Source: an uncultured Planctomycetaceae bacterium
GTDB taxonomy: Bacteria > Planctomycetota > Planctomycetia > Pirellulales > PALSA-1355
DNA length: 64,000 nt
Reading direction: 5' to 3'
NCBI GenBank assembly: GCA_963785305.1
Contig: CAWAUV010000005.1
Location: 320,001 to 384,000, forward strand
The notes under the pieces were generated by a model that saw nothing but the letters and a program-made list of their open reading frames with translations, ran no database searches and was not told the DNA's origin. Positions 1-10,550 of the stretch are shown here, one piece after another (position 1 is the stretch's first letter; every line of letters starts with the position of its first letter). The position numbers were made by a program, and so were the translations under genes.

Positions 1-107
1 GGCGCGAGCATCATGAGCACCAGCGGCTGGCGCGGATACGCGCGCAGCGCGAGCGCCAGCGCCGCCAGCGCCACGATCAACGACAGGGGAATCCAGACCG
101 GATTCAT
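1..107 (-). CDS. N-terminus of membrane-anchored protein running off the window, probably DUF58 family (MoxR partner)
   Basis: ATG at 107 reads MNPVWIPLSLIVALAALALALRAYPRQPLVLMMLA (hydrophobic) directly downstream of moxR; family call is from operon context only. Confidence 0.45.
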   Translation of the reverse strand, partial: MNPVWIPLSLIVALAALALALRAYPRQPLVLMMLA

Positions 108-144
108 CCGCTTGGTTCTCTTTCTTCGTATCCCCGGCCGATGC

Positions 145-1238
145 TTACAGTCGCGGCACTTCCACGGCGCGAAGCATGCTTTCGAGCGAGGCGTCGACCT
201 TGTGGCCCTCGACTTCCGCCTCGGCGGTCATGATCACGCGATGCCGCAGCGCCGGAAGCACGAGCTCGACCACGTCGTCGGGCACGACGAAGCCTCGTCC
301 GCGAAAAGCTGCCAGGGCCCGCGCCCTTGCAGCAGCGCGATGCCGGCCCGCGGCGAAGCGCCCATGTGGAACTGCGGCCATTCGCGAGTTTTTCGCACCA
401 ATCGGCTGACATATTCGATCAGCCGGGCATCGGCATGAATCTCGCCGCACTGCCGCGAGACTTCCATGATCTCTTCGGGCGAGGTTTGCGGCGCGAGTTC
501 GTTGGCCAATCGCAGGTCCATGTCGACCGGCTGGCTATGCCGCCGCAAAATTTCGGTTTCCTCGCCGGCCGAGGGATAATTGGCCACGATCTTGAACATA
601 AAGCGATCGAGTTGCGCTTCGGGCAAATTGTAGGTGCCCTCGGATTCGATCGGGTTTTGCGTGGCGAGCACCAAAAACGGCCGCTTCAGCTTGTGGCTCG
701 CGCGCTCGACCGTGACCCGATATTCTTGCATGATCTCGAGCAGCGCGGCGTGGGTCTTGGCTGGCGAGCGATTGATTTCGTCGGCCAAGAGCAGTTGCGT
801 GAAGACCGGGCCGGGCCGAAAGCGAAACTCCTGCGTCTTCATGTCGAAGATCGGCGCGCCGGTAATATCGCTGGGCATCAAATCGGCCGTGAACTGGATC
901 CGTCCGAATTGGCAGCCGAGCACGCGACCGAGTGTGCGCACGAACAATGTCTTGCCCAAGCCGGGCACGCTTTCGATCAGCACATGGCCGCCCGAGAACA
1001 GGGCCACCAGAGTGCTGAGCACGAGCTCGTCTTGGCCGACATAAATCTTGGCGATTTCGGCCGTCACGCGATCGAAGACCGATTTGATCGCCGCCGGCCC
1101 CGCGGGCGGCGAGGGCCCCGTAGGCGTCCCCGCGGCGGCGTTGGGGGCTGCCCCATCGGCGGCTGGCGCTGCCGCCTCCGCGCTCGGCGGGCTCGAAGTT
1201 TCGATGGCTTCGGATATTCGCGGTGTCGAATCGGTCAT
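145..1238 (-). CDS. moxR: MoxR-family AAA+ ATPase (frameshift near 320)
   Basis: Walker A VPGLGKT, RIQFTADLMPSDITG, LLADEINR, ATQNPIESEGTYNLPEAQLDRF; C-terminus VVPDDVVELVLPALRHR continues in ORF 145..450. Confidence 0.92.
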
Positions 1239-1333
1239 CGGCAAGGAGCTTTCTCGAGGAGAGACGATTAAAAAACCGGCGTCGGCGCGGCGAGCGGATG
1301 ATCCCGGGAGCGCTGCCCGCTCGCTTAAATCAC

Positions 1334-2467
1334 TTATAACTTCGAGTTCCGGTAGTCCGCCAATCGCCGCAGGGCATGTTCCCGATCGGTCGAACGGCGC
1401 AATAGTTTGCCCAGCGCCTCGGCGTGTAAACTGAAATCGCCCACATTCGGATCGCTGGGGTCTTGCGGTCGCCCGAAAATCGGCCAACGGGCGAAACAAA
1501 ATAGAATTCCCGCCGCCGCCAATTGCAATAACACCACATTCAGCGGCCAGACCCCGAGCAGCGCCAGCCCGCTCGGATACTCGGGCTTCGGCTCCGAATC
1601 CATGATGCGAGGATCGCCCGATGTTTCCAAGAAAACGACCCGTTCGTTCTCGGCCGTCATCTCGATAAGCCGACCGGCGAGCTGGCGATGCTCGCGATCG
1701 ACAAGCGGCAGGTTAAGCAGAAACGATCCATTGGCCACCACCAAGCTTCGGCCGCGGGCGCCGATTTTACAACAGCCCACGATCTGGTCTTCGCTCGAAG
1801 CGAGAATCGTGTCGAATTCGTCGGCCAGGAACATTTGACGTCTTAGCCGGATTGCCGCTTCTCCCCGCGGTTTGGCGTCGAGACCATCGACAAGCGAGCC
1901 CTCGAGCGAATTGGCGTCGCGCGGCTTACCGGCTTGCACCGTGTACCACTCGCAAGAAAGCGGCGGCGGCGATATCGCGCCTTCGAAATAAACGCGGTCG
2001 ATCGCTTGCCGACATCTGGATGCGAAGGCGTCCTTCAATTCCTTGGGCGCCCTGGCGACCATCTCACGCCAGTAGTCGGGTTCCGCGTCGTAATCGCGGC
2101 GGACATAAATCAGAGTTCGCTTACCGGGTTGAAGCATCCAGGCTTCGAACCAGGCGAGCGTCTCTTGCGAGGGCACGTCCGGAGTGCGCGAAAACCACAC
2201 GATCGTGTGCGATCGCTCGACCGAAGGCGATAGCGACCGGCGCACGATCACGCTCCGGCCCGAATCCTCGAACATATTCGCGAAAGCGAGCGTGCCGTTG
2301 ATGCTACCGTCGCGCAGGCCATAGCGGACATTGAGACTTTCCTTGCAACCGGCGAGCGCCAAGAAACCCAGCAGCGCCCAGCCGGCGATTGCCCGACGAC
2401 GCGGACCGGCGGCGACGCGGCCAGAACCGAGCCGCGGGTGGCGGCGATCATTGGCAATCGCGCTCAT
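1334..2467 (-). CDS. DUF4350-like lipoprotein/membrane protein of the MoxR operon
   Basis: lipobox FLALAGC, SINGTLAFANMF, C-terminal TM followed by WPIFGRP; start overlaps upstream stop. Confidence 0.65.
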   Translation of the reverse strand: MSAIANDRRHPRLGSGRVAAGPRRRAIAGWALLGFLALAGCKESLNVRYGLRDGSINGTLAFANMFEDSGRSVIVRRSLSPSVERSHTIVWFSRTPDVPSQETLAWFEAWMLQPGKRTLIYVRRDYDAEPDYWREMVARAPKELKDAFASRCRQAIDRVYFEGAISPPPLSCEWYTVQAGKPRDANSLEGSLVDGLDAKPRGEAAIRLRRQMFLADEFDTILASSEDQIVGCCKIGARGRSLVVANGSFLLNLPLVDREHRQLAGRLIEMTAENERVVFLETSGDPRIMDSEPKPEYPSGLALLGVWPLNVVLLQLAAAGILFCFARWPIFGRPQDPSDPNVGDFSLHAEALGKLLRRSTDREHALRRLADYRNSKL

Positions 2468-3296
2468 GCGGTCTCCTGGCCGACCAGCGCGGCGAAATTC
2501 GGCAGATCGTTCCAACACACGTCGACACTCTGGCGATCGAGCCGCTCGGCGCCGAAAAAGGCCCGCTCGAACCGGTCGATCGTTCGCGAGAGCAGCGAGC
2601 GCAGGTCGGACTTGCCCGATAGCTCGCGCAAGTATTGACGATTCGTCTTCCCGCGGGCGAGACGAATCAGATGGTGGCGATCGAGTTCGATCAGCTCGTG
2701 GCTAAAGAGGTAGACGATCGCCTCGGAAAAGCGGCCCTCGTCGTGCAGGCGCCGCGCCATGGCCAGCAGATCGCTTCGAGCACCTCGACCGGAAACGGCA
2801 AGTTCTCGACCCGGTCGGCCGAGACCAACCTGCTCGCCGATTTGGTTTTCGTGGCCGTCATGCGCTCGCGTTCCAGAAACGCCCGCACGAGCAGCCAGGC
2901 GAGTCCGAGCAGGATCGCGGCCAGAACCGCATAGGCCGCGAACTTGACGATCACGCCCAACCATTTGAGGATTCCACTCCACGACGACTCCGAGTTCTCG
3001 GCGGGCCGATCGTCTTGTGGCTCGATATTTATCGGGCGCACGGCGTCGTTTTTCGGATCGTACCACGGGGCCGACTTGAGATCACCATGAAACGCCTCGC
3101 GGCCGCGGCTGGCCCAGGCGTCGTCGTCGGTCGCTTGGTCCGTCGCGGTTTCATCGGCCCAGCATCGCCGGGCGCCCCAGCGCGAATCGCGGCCGAACGC
3201 GGCGCCGACAATGACCATTGCCAAGAGCAGCGCGAGCGCGCGTCGCCAGGGCGCGGCGCTCCGACCGGCGCGGGCGGCGGCGAAGACGCCACGCAT
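2464..3296 (-). CDS. DUF4129-like membrane protein (frameshift near 2780)
   Basis: signal and TM segments in ORF 2691..3296, then GRFSEAIVYLF...GKTNRQYLREL...FERAFFG in ORF 2464..3066. Confidence 0.7.
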
Positions 3297-3318
3297 TCGA
3301 ATTGTGAATCGAGCGCGT

Positions 3319-4149
3319 TCATAGCGGTTGTTCGACGAGTCGCGCTCGCTCGGCGCGAAGTTTGATTTCCACTTCCCAACCCTCGTTGCGAATGCGCAGA
3401 TTGAGATATGTCAGATAACGCACGACGGCGAAGTAGCCCACGGTCAGCCATTCGGCCGCCGGCAAAACGACCGCGAGCATCCACCAGTCGAACTCCGCCG
3501 AACCGCCGAGCATCTCGCGCAAAAACAGCACCGAGAAGCAAAGCGATAAGATCATCGCCACGCCGAGCGCCATCGAACCGAGCCAGATGCCAAGAAACTC
3601 GCCGCCAAAGCCCGCATGCAGCTCCAGGCCGCGGCGAAACGTGCTCTTGGTCTTCGGACGGTTGGGCTGCTTTCGCGGCCAGCCCGGGTGTCGCTCGAGC
3701 AAGATCACTTCGTTCAAAAAAGGCCACCAACAATAGGGCACGATCCACCCGATTTCGAGCACCCCCAGGCTGCCGCGCACAATGACCTGAAACCAGAAAA
3801 GCTGCGGCAAGCTGCCGACGAATTCTCGTAGAATGACGCGAGGCCGCGCTTCGACCAAAAACATGGACTGGCCCAGGTAGAGCGTGATAAACGCGGTCGC
3901 AAGCGGGATTTCGATCGCGGTGAGCAGCGCTTGCCAGAAGACGAATCCCCACGGAAACTCGTCGCGCAGCTCGATCGCGTCGAGCCGTCCCATGAGCGCC
4001 AAATGGTTCACGATCGCCAGGGGCAGAGCGCCCGCGACCAAGGCGCCCAGAAGCGGCGCCGCGTGTCGCCGAATGACCGGCAGCGCCAAGTCGAGCGTTT
4101 CGCCCCAACTGCGGTCGCGAATCACGATCGCGGTGCGATCAAGCCGCAT
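3319..4149 (-). CDS. integral membrane protein of the MoxR operon
   Basis: MRLDRTAIVIRDRSWGETLDLA, multiple TM helices, C-terminal YLNLRIRNEGWEVE motif. Confidence 0.75.
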   Translation of the reverse strand: MRLDRTAIVIRDRSWGETLDLALPVIRRHAAPLLGALVAGALPLAIVNHLALMGRLDAIELRDEFPWGFVFWQALLTAIEIPLATAFITLYLGQSMFLVEARPRVILREFVGSLPQLFWFQVIVRGSLGVLEIGWIVPYCWWPFLNEVILLERHPGWPRKQPNRPKTKSTFRRGLELHAGFGGEFLGIWLGSMALGVAMILSLCFSVLFLREMLGGSAEFDWWMLAVVLPAAEWLTVGYFAVVRYLTYLNLRIRNEGWEVEIKLRAERARLVEQPL

Positions 4150-5146
4150 GCGGCGCTCCTTTCGCCGCGGCGCTTCGCGATGCTCGCGGTCCGGTGGGCC
4201 GCAATCCAAGTCCGAAAAAATAGAACAGCAATAGCGCGCTCGAGATCGCGGCCACGAGCGCCTTGATCCAATACGGCGCCATCGATGGCGACAGGAAACC
4301 TTCGATCAGCGCCGCGAACGAAAAAAGCGCCATGCTCACGCCCATGGCGGGCATCGCCTGCCGCGCGCTCGATTGCAAAGCCGCGAGTCGCGAGAGGCCG
4401 CCCGTATTGATGAGCGCGAAGCCCAGCCGCATGCCGGCCGCCGCCGAAAGCACGATCGCCGTGAGCTCGAAGGGGCCGTGGGCCGTGACGAACTGAAAGA
4501 AGTTGTCGCGCGACGGCGAGCGGATCATCGCCCCGAACACGGTTCCCAGCGTGGCGGCGTTGAAGACCGTGGTGAAAATCCCGCCGATTCCCAAGAGCAA
4601 CCCGCCGGCGAAGCATTGCAGGCCAATACTCGTGTTGTGCCAAATGTAGAAGCCGACCATGACCGCGTTTTCGTCGGCCCCGCGCTCCGAGATGCTTTTC
4701 GAGTGCATCTCCCGCATCGAGCTAAGCATCTCGGCGCCCAAGAGCCGTTCGGCAAAGTCGGGCTTGAAGTGGGCCAGGGCCATGGCGCTGAAGAACATGC
4801 CCCAGAAGATGCCCGCCGCCAGCCACAAACACCGATCGCGCGCCAGCCGCCTCGGCAATTCCTGAAACAATTCGCGCCCCCAAGAGCGAAAATTAAATCG
4901 CTGGCTCCGATACAGTTGATTGTGCGCCCGCCCCACCAGATCGTGCAAATAGGCCACGGCGCCCGGCGGCAATTGATACGCGTCGGCCAGCGCCAAATCG
5001 GCGCAGGCGGCGCGATAGAGCGACGCGAATCGACACACCCGCCGCGGACCGATCGAGATCAGCCGCCGCTCCTTCAGCTCCCCGATCAAGCCCTCGAGCT
5101 CGCGCCAGTTGTCGCGCCGGGTGGCGAGAAGTTCGGTGACCTTCAT
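4139..5146 (-). CDS. stage II sporulation protein M (DUF95) family membrane protein
   Basis: LYRAACADLALA, YIWHNTSIGLQCFAGG, HGPFELTAIVLSAAAG, AALIEGFLSP. Confidence 0.88.
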   Translation of the reverse strand: MKVTELLATRRDNWRELEGLIGELKERRLISIGPRRVCRFASLYRAACADLALADAYQLPPGAVAYLHDLVGRAHNQLYRSQRFNFRSWGRELFQELPRRLARDRCLWLAAGIFWGMFFSAMALAHFKPDFAERLLGAEMLSSMREMHSKSISERGADENAVMVGFYIWHNTSIGLQCFAGGLLLGIGGIFTTVFNAATLGTVFGAMIRSPSRDNFFQFVTAHGPFELTAIVLSAAAGMRLGFALINTGGLSRLAALQSSARQAMPAMGVSMALFSFAALIEGFLSPSMAPYWIKALVAAISSALLLFYFFGLGLRPTGPRASRSAAAKGAPHAA

Positions 5147-6136
5147 GACCAGCCGTCTCCCGCCGTGGGCTTGATCGAAGCCGCTCCGCGACCGGCCAGC
5201 GGCTCGGGACCATCGGAGTTCCAGATATCCACGCGCCGCGATTCGGTCGCCGGCAAATCGGCAAAGGGAAATTCCGCCACGCTGATCGGTTCCAAGATGC
5301 TCGTCGGGTCCGCCGATAGCTGCCCGGCCCGGGCTCGCTCGGCCACGAACACATGGTGATACAAAGCGCACAGCAGGAGATCGGGACTTGTATCGGGCGG
5401 AAGTTGGAAACGCGCCGCCAGCGGCTCCGCCAGGATATTGGCGATCTCCGCGCGGCGCCACGCCGAAAAAGCGCCGCCGCTCCATGAAGGCGCTCAAGGC
5501 CCGGGCGAGCGAAGGACCGGGAACGAAATTCGCCGGCAGCGCGGCGGCCAGTTCGCGCACTCTGGGGCTATCGACCGGCGCGACGCCGCGGAGCAGCCGC
5601 CGATGTTCGATCACCACCATCGTGCCGCATGCCAAGTCGCCCCACCGCTCGAATCGCTCGCTGAGCATCATCGTGGCCAGGCCGAGCGAATAGACCGGCA
5701 GAAAGAGCATCGCCCCCGCGAATTGAAAGGGCGCGAGCGGCATTGAGTCGACCGACCGCAGCACATTACGCAACACCGCCTGTAGGGCATTGATCGGTTG
5801 ACCATCGCGAGTAAGCACTCTCAGCCCGAGAAACCACTTGCCCGGCGTTTGCCCGTTCCAAAAAGTCTCGAACAGGCCGCCATAGAACCAGGAGAGCAGA
5901 AACCAAAACACGAGGAAGGCGCCGATGCCGAAGCTGCCCCCAAACCGGGTAAACGCCAGCGCGACTCCGGCGCCAATCAAAATCACGACCCGAATCGCGC
6001 CATCGATCAAATACGCGACGCCGCGGCGACTGGGCCCGGCGAGCTCGTAATGAAAGGCGATGTTTTCGGGCGTGACGATGGGAATATGGGAATCGATCGG
6101 ACGGCGCGCATCGAGTTCCCTGGCGGCTTGCAACAT
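5143..6136 (-). CDS. RDD family protein (frameshifted in 3' part)
   Basis: TPENIAFHYELAGPSRRGVAYLID, GQTPGKWFLGLRV, RWGDLACGTMVV; C-terminus in ORF 5143..5364, whose stop overlaps the SpoIIM ATG. Confidence 0.85.
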
Positions 6137-6424
6137 GCCCCCAATTATTCGCCGAAGTCGGCCGGCCCGCAAGCGCCAGCCGCCGATGGCCGGCCAGTAA
6201 AATCCGCATCGCCCCGAGGGCTCGCGAAATCGTTGAAGAGCCGATGATTTGCGTTATGCTCGGAGCTCGCTGGCCGAGTCGTCATATTCACAAGCACCGC
6301 CGGTCCCGCCGCTTTCGTTCATTCCAACGCCCTCCCCAGGATAAATTCCCGCGTGCCCACTGAATCCCTGAAATCTATGGCCGAAAACATCCCAACGCCG
6401 AAGCAACGCCAATGGAGGTCATGC

Positions 6425-6754
6425 GCACTTACGACCAGCTTCGATTCGAGCTGGTCGAGCTTCTGGTCCCTGGCCGCCTCCAGCCGCGGAGGCCGACCGC
6501 CTGACCGGTCGAAGGTCCGCTCGGCCTGATTGAAGTGTTGTTTACCCACAGATGGATCAGGCTCGGCTGGACCTTGAGTTCATCGGCCAGGCCCGACACC
6601 GGCGTCTTGCCGCTCCAGTGCCGACGCGCGACCTGGGCCTTCTGCTCGGCGGAAAACTGTCGACGCGTTCGCGATCCGCTCATGGAGCTGTCCTCCCTTG
6701 GGATTCATGCTAATCCCAACGGCGAAACATTCCAGTTCCTAGAGGTTGAGGACA
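6425..6754 (-). mobile_element. IS3-family remnant: left end plus frameshifted, truncated OrfA
   Basis: HTH OrfA MSGSRTRRQFSAEQKAQVARRHWSGKTPVSGLADELKVQPSLIHLWV continuing in a shifted frame as AERTFDR...KLDQLESKLV; candidate end TGTCCTCAACCTCTAGGAACTGGAA at 6754; no OrfB. Confidence 0.7.
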
Positions 6755-7068
6755 TAATCACACTCCCTGAGTGGATATTCGAGCCAACAGAAGCAACTCG
6801 TCGAGCATCCGAAAGACCAACGACGAAGGCGGCATGAACGTGGGCTGCCCATCGTCAACAAGCGCGGTGTTGAGGTGGACCCCGTGTGTTTGGTGCTGGT
6901 GGTGCGGGCCATTTATCATATAAATGGTATCCGGCGTGACAGAGACACCTTTCTCTTGTAGAGCGGCTAAAAGCGCGTTAAGGCTATGCCGATAGTCGTA
7001 TTGCTTCAAGTCGCCCTCTGCGAATCCCTGAGGTGCTGACGATTTGACGGACAGGCGGACAACTTAGC

Positions 7069-7419
7069 ATGGGCGTCCAGCAAAGGAGAGCCTGGATGAG
7101 CAAGAAGCGAGTTCGGTCCGTAAAGTCTGCCCCGGCGGCGCCGGCGTCTCGGTCGCGGCGGGCGTTCGACGAGGGCTTCAAGAGTGAAGCGGTGGCAATG
7201 CTGCTGGATGGACATTCGGCGGCCTCGGTCGCCGAGCGGCTCGGGCTGTCGAGCGTGAATTTGCTGTACCGCTGGAAGCGCGAGCAGCTCGACAAGGCCG
7301 GGCCGGCGGCGAGCTCGCTCGAGGCACGCGTGCGGCAGCTCGAACACGAGTTGCAGCGCGTCGAGCGCGAGCGTGACATCCTAAAAAAAGCGTTGGCTAT
7401 TTTCGGCCGCAACGGGTGA
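7069..7419 (+). CDS. IS3 transposase OrfA
   Basis: RRAFDEGFKSEAV HTH, coiled coil ERERDILKKA; AAAAAAAG slippery site at 7383-7390. Confidence 0.92.
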   Translation: MGVQQRRAWMSKKRVRSVKSAPAAPASRSRRAFDEGFKSEAVAMLLDGHSAASVAERLGLSSVNLLYRWKREQLDKAGPAASSLEARVRQLEHELQRVERERDILKKALAIFGRNG

Positions 7420-8303
7420 GTGACATGTATGCCGCCGTCGAACCGATCGTCGCCGAAAGTCAGTCGTCTACATCCGTGGTATGCGATGTGCTTGATGTCT
7501 CGCGCAGCGCGTACTACGCCTGGCGCGGCACCGTGACCTCGACGCGCGAACAGCGCGACACGGAGCTTTCGCCGCGGGTGCGCGAAATCTTCTGGAAGCA
7601 TCGACGACGCTACGGCGCCCGACGAATCGCCTGGGAGTTGACCGAGGCGGGCCAGGCGTGCAGCCCCCGCAAAGCCGCGGAAATCATGCGGAATCTGGGC
7701 CTCAAGGCCATTCAGCCGAAGTCGTTCAAGCCGCGCACGACCGACAGCCGCCATCGCCTGGGCTACAGTCCGAACCTGCTGCTGGAGGAACCCGAGACCA
7801 CGCGGACCGATCAGCTTTGGGTCGGCGACATCACGTACATTCCGATGGCCGATCGATCGTTCTGTTATCTGGCGATGCTGATGGATCGCCACTCGCGATT
7901 GCTCATCGGCTGGGAACTGGACGCATCGATGACCGACGCGCTGACCGCTCGCGCACTCACGCAAGCCGTGCGTCGACGCCACCCGTCGGCGAACCTGATC
8001 CATCACACCGACCGTGGTGGTCAATACGCGAGTCATCGTTACCGCGACATCCTCCGCCGCGCCGGTTTCCGCCAGAGCATGAGTCGCGCCGACAACTGCT
8101 ACGACAATGCATTCATCGAATCGTGCTTCGGAACCATCAAGACCGAACTGGAAATGACCGAATATCAAAACGAGCGCGTCGCCGCGGGCGAGATCGCCGA
8201 GTTCGTGCGCTACTACAACCACGAACGCCGCCACTCCTCCTTGGGCTACCGCACGCCCTTCGAATTCGAGCAACAACTGAACAACCAAACACCGACGCCT
8301 TAG
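7416..8303 (+). CDS. IS3 transposase OrfB (DDE/rve)
   Basis: WVGDITYI, HHTDRGGQY, SRADNCYDNAFIESCFGTIKTE, YYNHERRHSSLGY. Confidence 0.95.
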   Translation: MSDMYAAVEPIVAESQSSTSVVCDVLDVSRSAYYAWRGTVTSTREQRDTELSPRVREIFWKHRRRYGARRIAWELTEAGQACSPRKAAEIMRNLGLKAIQPKSFKPRTTDSRHRLGYSPNLLLEEPETTRTDQLWVGDITYIPMADRSFCYLAMLMDRHSRLLIGWELDASMTDALTARALTQAVRRRHPSANLIHHTDRGGQYASHRYRDILRRAGFRQSMSRADNCYDNAFIESCFGTIKTELEMTEYQNERVAAGEIAEFVRYYNHERRHSSLGYRTPFEFEQQLNNQTPTP

Positions 8304-8440
8304 AGAATCGCCTGTCCGTCAAATCGTCAGCACCTCACCCCGCTTAAACAAAGCCGATTTCAGGAAGAGTGCGGCGGCATGGGAAGCGACGAAATAGAAC
8401 GGGATGCCAGTCAGTTTAGCTCGCGTACCGTCATCGTTGA

Positions 8441-8710
8441 TTGAGGTGCGTCGAGTATAACGTCGAAGGGAATGCGCTGAAGATCGATTGGGTTGACGGT
8501 GGCGGGCTCGAAGAAATGCTCGGAAAGATCGTTGAAGCGGAAGGTCCGGGAATATACAAGATCACCGGCTATACGACCGATAAGCTCGGCAAACTCTCTG
8601 ATATCCCGCTGCAACGGCTTGGAAATCGCATTGTGAATTCACTGGGTGGATCGTGGTCCGCTTCCGTCATCTTTGCTGACGGAAAGCGGTTTCTTACGCT
8701 AACACGGTAA
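8441..8710 (+). pseudogene. low-GC gene fragment, possibly a polymorphic toxin C-terminal tip
   Basis: globular-looking 89-aa frame without a good start or RBS, atypical codon usage; followed closely by a decayed ORF. Confidence 0.3.
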
Positions 8711-8715
8711 ATCAA

Positions 8716-9005
8716 ATGGCTCAAACCCCTCCAGAGAATTGCAGGTGGTGGCATGCTCGCATCGATGCGACGTTGGCGTGGCTTCGCGGCGAATCAATCC
8801 AGAGCGTTGTCGCGAGTCTCGAAACGTATGGGCCGTGAACGCTCGTCGAATTGACAGTTCGCCGGCATAGCATGGCTTCGCCGCGTCGGGAAGTTTTGCG
8901 AGGCGACCGACCGCTTTCCGGAATTTGTTGCAGTTCAGCAAGAGGTCGCGAGACTGCGCACGTCGTTTCAAGAAACGATGCGGAAAGTCGGGCTCGAAAA
9001 AAGCC
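8716..9005 (+). pseudogene. decayed small ORF, possibly an immunity protein
   Basis: MAQTPPENCRWWHARIDATLAWLRGESIQ... with in-frame TGA at 8836-8838; resumes in another frame as IAWLRRVGKFCEATDRFPEFVAVQQEVARLRTSFQETMRKVGLEK. Confidence 0.3.
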
Positions 9006-9038
9006 TTCCGCCGACGGCAAAAACGCCGCGAGTCGCGT

Positions 9039-10550
9039 TCACGCGTCCGGCTCGGCCCAGGCCAGTGATCGGGCCACCGCCTTTTTCCATGTTCGCATGC
9101 GGCTTTCGCGTTCCGACGCGACCATTCGTGGCTCGAAGGCGCGCTCGAGCGCCCAACGTTGGCGAACATCGTCGAGACCGTCCCAGTAGCCGACCGCCAA
9201 CCCGGCCAGATAGGCCGCGCCGAGCGCCGTGGTTTCCGAAACTCTCGGCCGCTCGACAGCCACGCCGAGCAAGTCGGCTTGAAATTGCATCAGGGCATTG
9301 TTCACGGCGGCGCCGCCATCGACCTTAAGACTCGTGAGCTGCCGGCTGGCGTCGCGTTGCATCGCGTCGAGCAGTTCGCGGGTTTGAAAGGCCATCGATT
9401 CGATCGCCGCACGCGCGATGTGCGCGGCGGTGGTCCCGCGCGTGAGACCGAAAATCGCGCCGCGGGCATATGCGTCCCAATAGGGCGCCCCCAATCCGAC
9501 AAAGCCGGGCACGAACACCACGCCGCCGGAATCCGGCGCCTGGGCCGCAAGCTGCTCGACATCGGCCGATTGCTCGATGAATCGAAGGCCATCGCGCAGA
9601 AACTGGACCACGGCGCCGGCGATAAACACCGAGCCTTCAAGACAGTAGGTCACGCGACCATCGAGCTGCCAGCCCACCGTGGCGAGCAGATTGTTTTGCG
9701 ATTCCATCGGCCGCTCGCCGGTGTTCATCAGCAAAAAACAGCCGGTGCCATAAGTGTTCTTGGCGCTGCCGGGCTCGAAACAGGCTTGGCCGAAGGTGGC
9801 CGCTTGTTGATCGCCCGCGCAGCCGGCCAGGGGAATCGCCGCCCCTAGCCAGCGCGCGCTCGCCTCGCCATGGACATGGCTCGATGGGCCGACTCGCGGC
9901 AACATTGCCCGCGGCACGCCAAAGAGCGCCAGCAGTTCATCGTCCCATTCAAGCGTGTGGATGTTGAAGAGCATCGTGCGGCTGGCGTTGCTCACATCGG
10001 TCGCGTGCAACCGGCCCTCGGTCAGGCGCCACAACAGCCAGGTGTCGACGGTGCCGAAAAGTATTTCGCCGCGCTCGGCCCGGGCGCGGAGGCCGTCGAT
10101 CGAGTCGAGCAGGTGCTTGATCTTGCCAGCGGAGAAATAGGCGTCGATGACAAGACCGGACTTCCGACGCACCATGTCGGAATGTCCATCGGCTCGCAAT
10201 CGATCGCAGATTCCGGCGCTCACGCGGCTTTGCCACACCACGGCGTTGGCGACCGGCCGGCCGCTGTCACGCTCCCAGAGAATAGTCGTTTCGCGCTGAT
10301 TCGTCACACCGATTGCCGCGATCGCTTGCGGCGCGACGCCCGCCGTGGCGATCGCCCGCCGAGCCACGTCGAGTTGCGTGCTCCAGATTGCTTCGGGATC
10401 GTGCTCGACAATGCCCGGCGCCGGCAAGATTTGCGGCAGCTCCCGCTGGGACATGGCAACCGGGCGGCCGGCATGGTCGAACACGATCGCCCGGCTCGAT
10501 GTCGTGCCTTGGTCGAGGGCGAGAATATAGGTTTCGTGGGGGAGGGACAT
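9039..10550 (-). CDS. glpK: glycerol kinase
   Basis: [60 protein letters not shown]. Confidence 0.97.
   Translation of the reverse strand: MSLPHETYILALDQGTTSSRAIVFDHAGRPVAMSQRELPQILPAPGIVEHDPEAIWSTQLDVARRAIATAGVAPQAIAAIGVTNQRETTILWERDSGRPVANAVVWQSRVSAGICDRLRADGHSDMVRRKSGLVIDAYFSAGKIKHLLDSIDGLRARAERGEILFGTVDTWLLWRLTEGRLHATDVSNASRTMLFNIHTLEWDDELLALFGVPRAMLPRVGPSSHVHGEASARWLGAAIPLAGCAGDQQAATFGQACFEPGSAKNTYGTGCFLLMNTGERPMESQNNLLATVGWQLDGRVTYCLEGSVFIAGAVVQFLRDGLRFIEQSADVEQLAAQAPDSGGVVFVPGFVGLGAPYWDAYARGAIFGLTRGTTAAHIARAAIESMAFQTRELLDAMQRDASRQLTSLKVDGGAAVNNALMQFQADLLGVAVERPRVSETTALGAAYLAGLAVGYWDGLDDVRQRWALERAFEPRMVASERESRMRTWKKAVARSLAWAEPDA

Larger units (their letters stand above)
7029..8337 (+). 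mobile_element. complete IS3-family insertion sequence
   Basis: perfect 29-bp IRs TGAGGTGCTGACGATTTGACGGACAGGCG (7029-7057, 8309-8337), 3-bp CCC target duplication, OrfA/OrfB layout. Confidence 0.96.
6758..8440 (-). pseudogene. HEPN-like gene fragment interrupted by IS3 (pieces 8341-8440 and 6758-7028)
   Basis: removing the IS and one CCC copy restores the frame KLTGIPFYFVASHAAALFLKSALFKRGFAEGDLKQYDYRHSLNALLAALQEKG. Confidence 0.55.

Noticed and set aside
4139..6172. Apparent 677-aa RDD-SpoIIM fusion ORF
   Set aside because: The linker reads as off-frame junk; the RDD C-terminus lies in another frame and its stop overlaps the SpoIIM ATG, so this is an indel artefact
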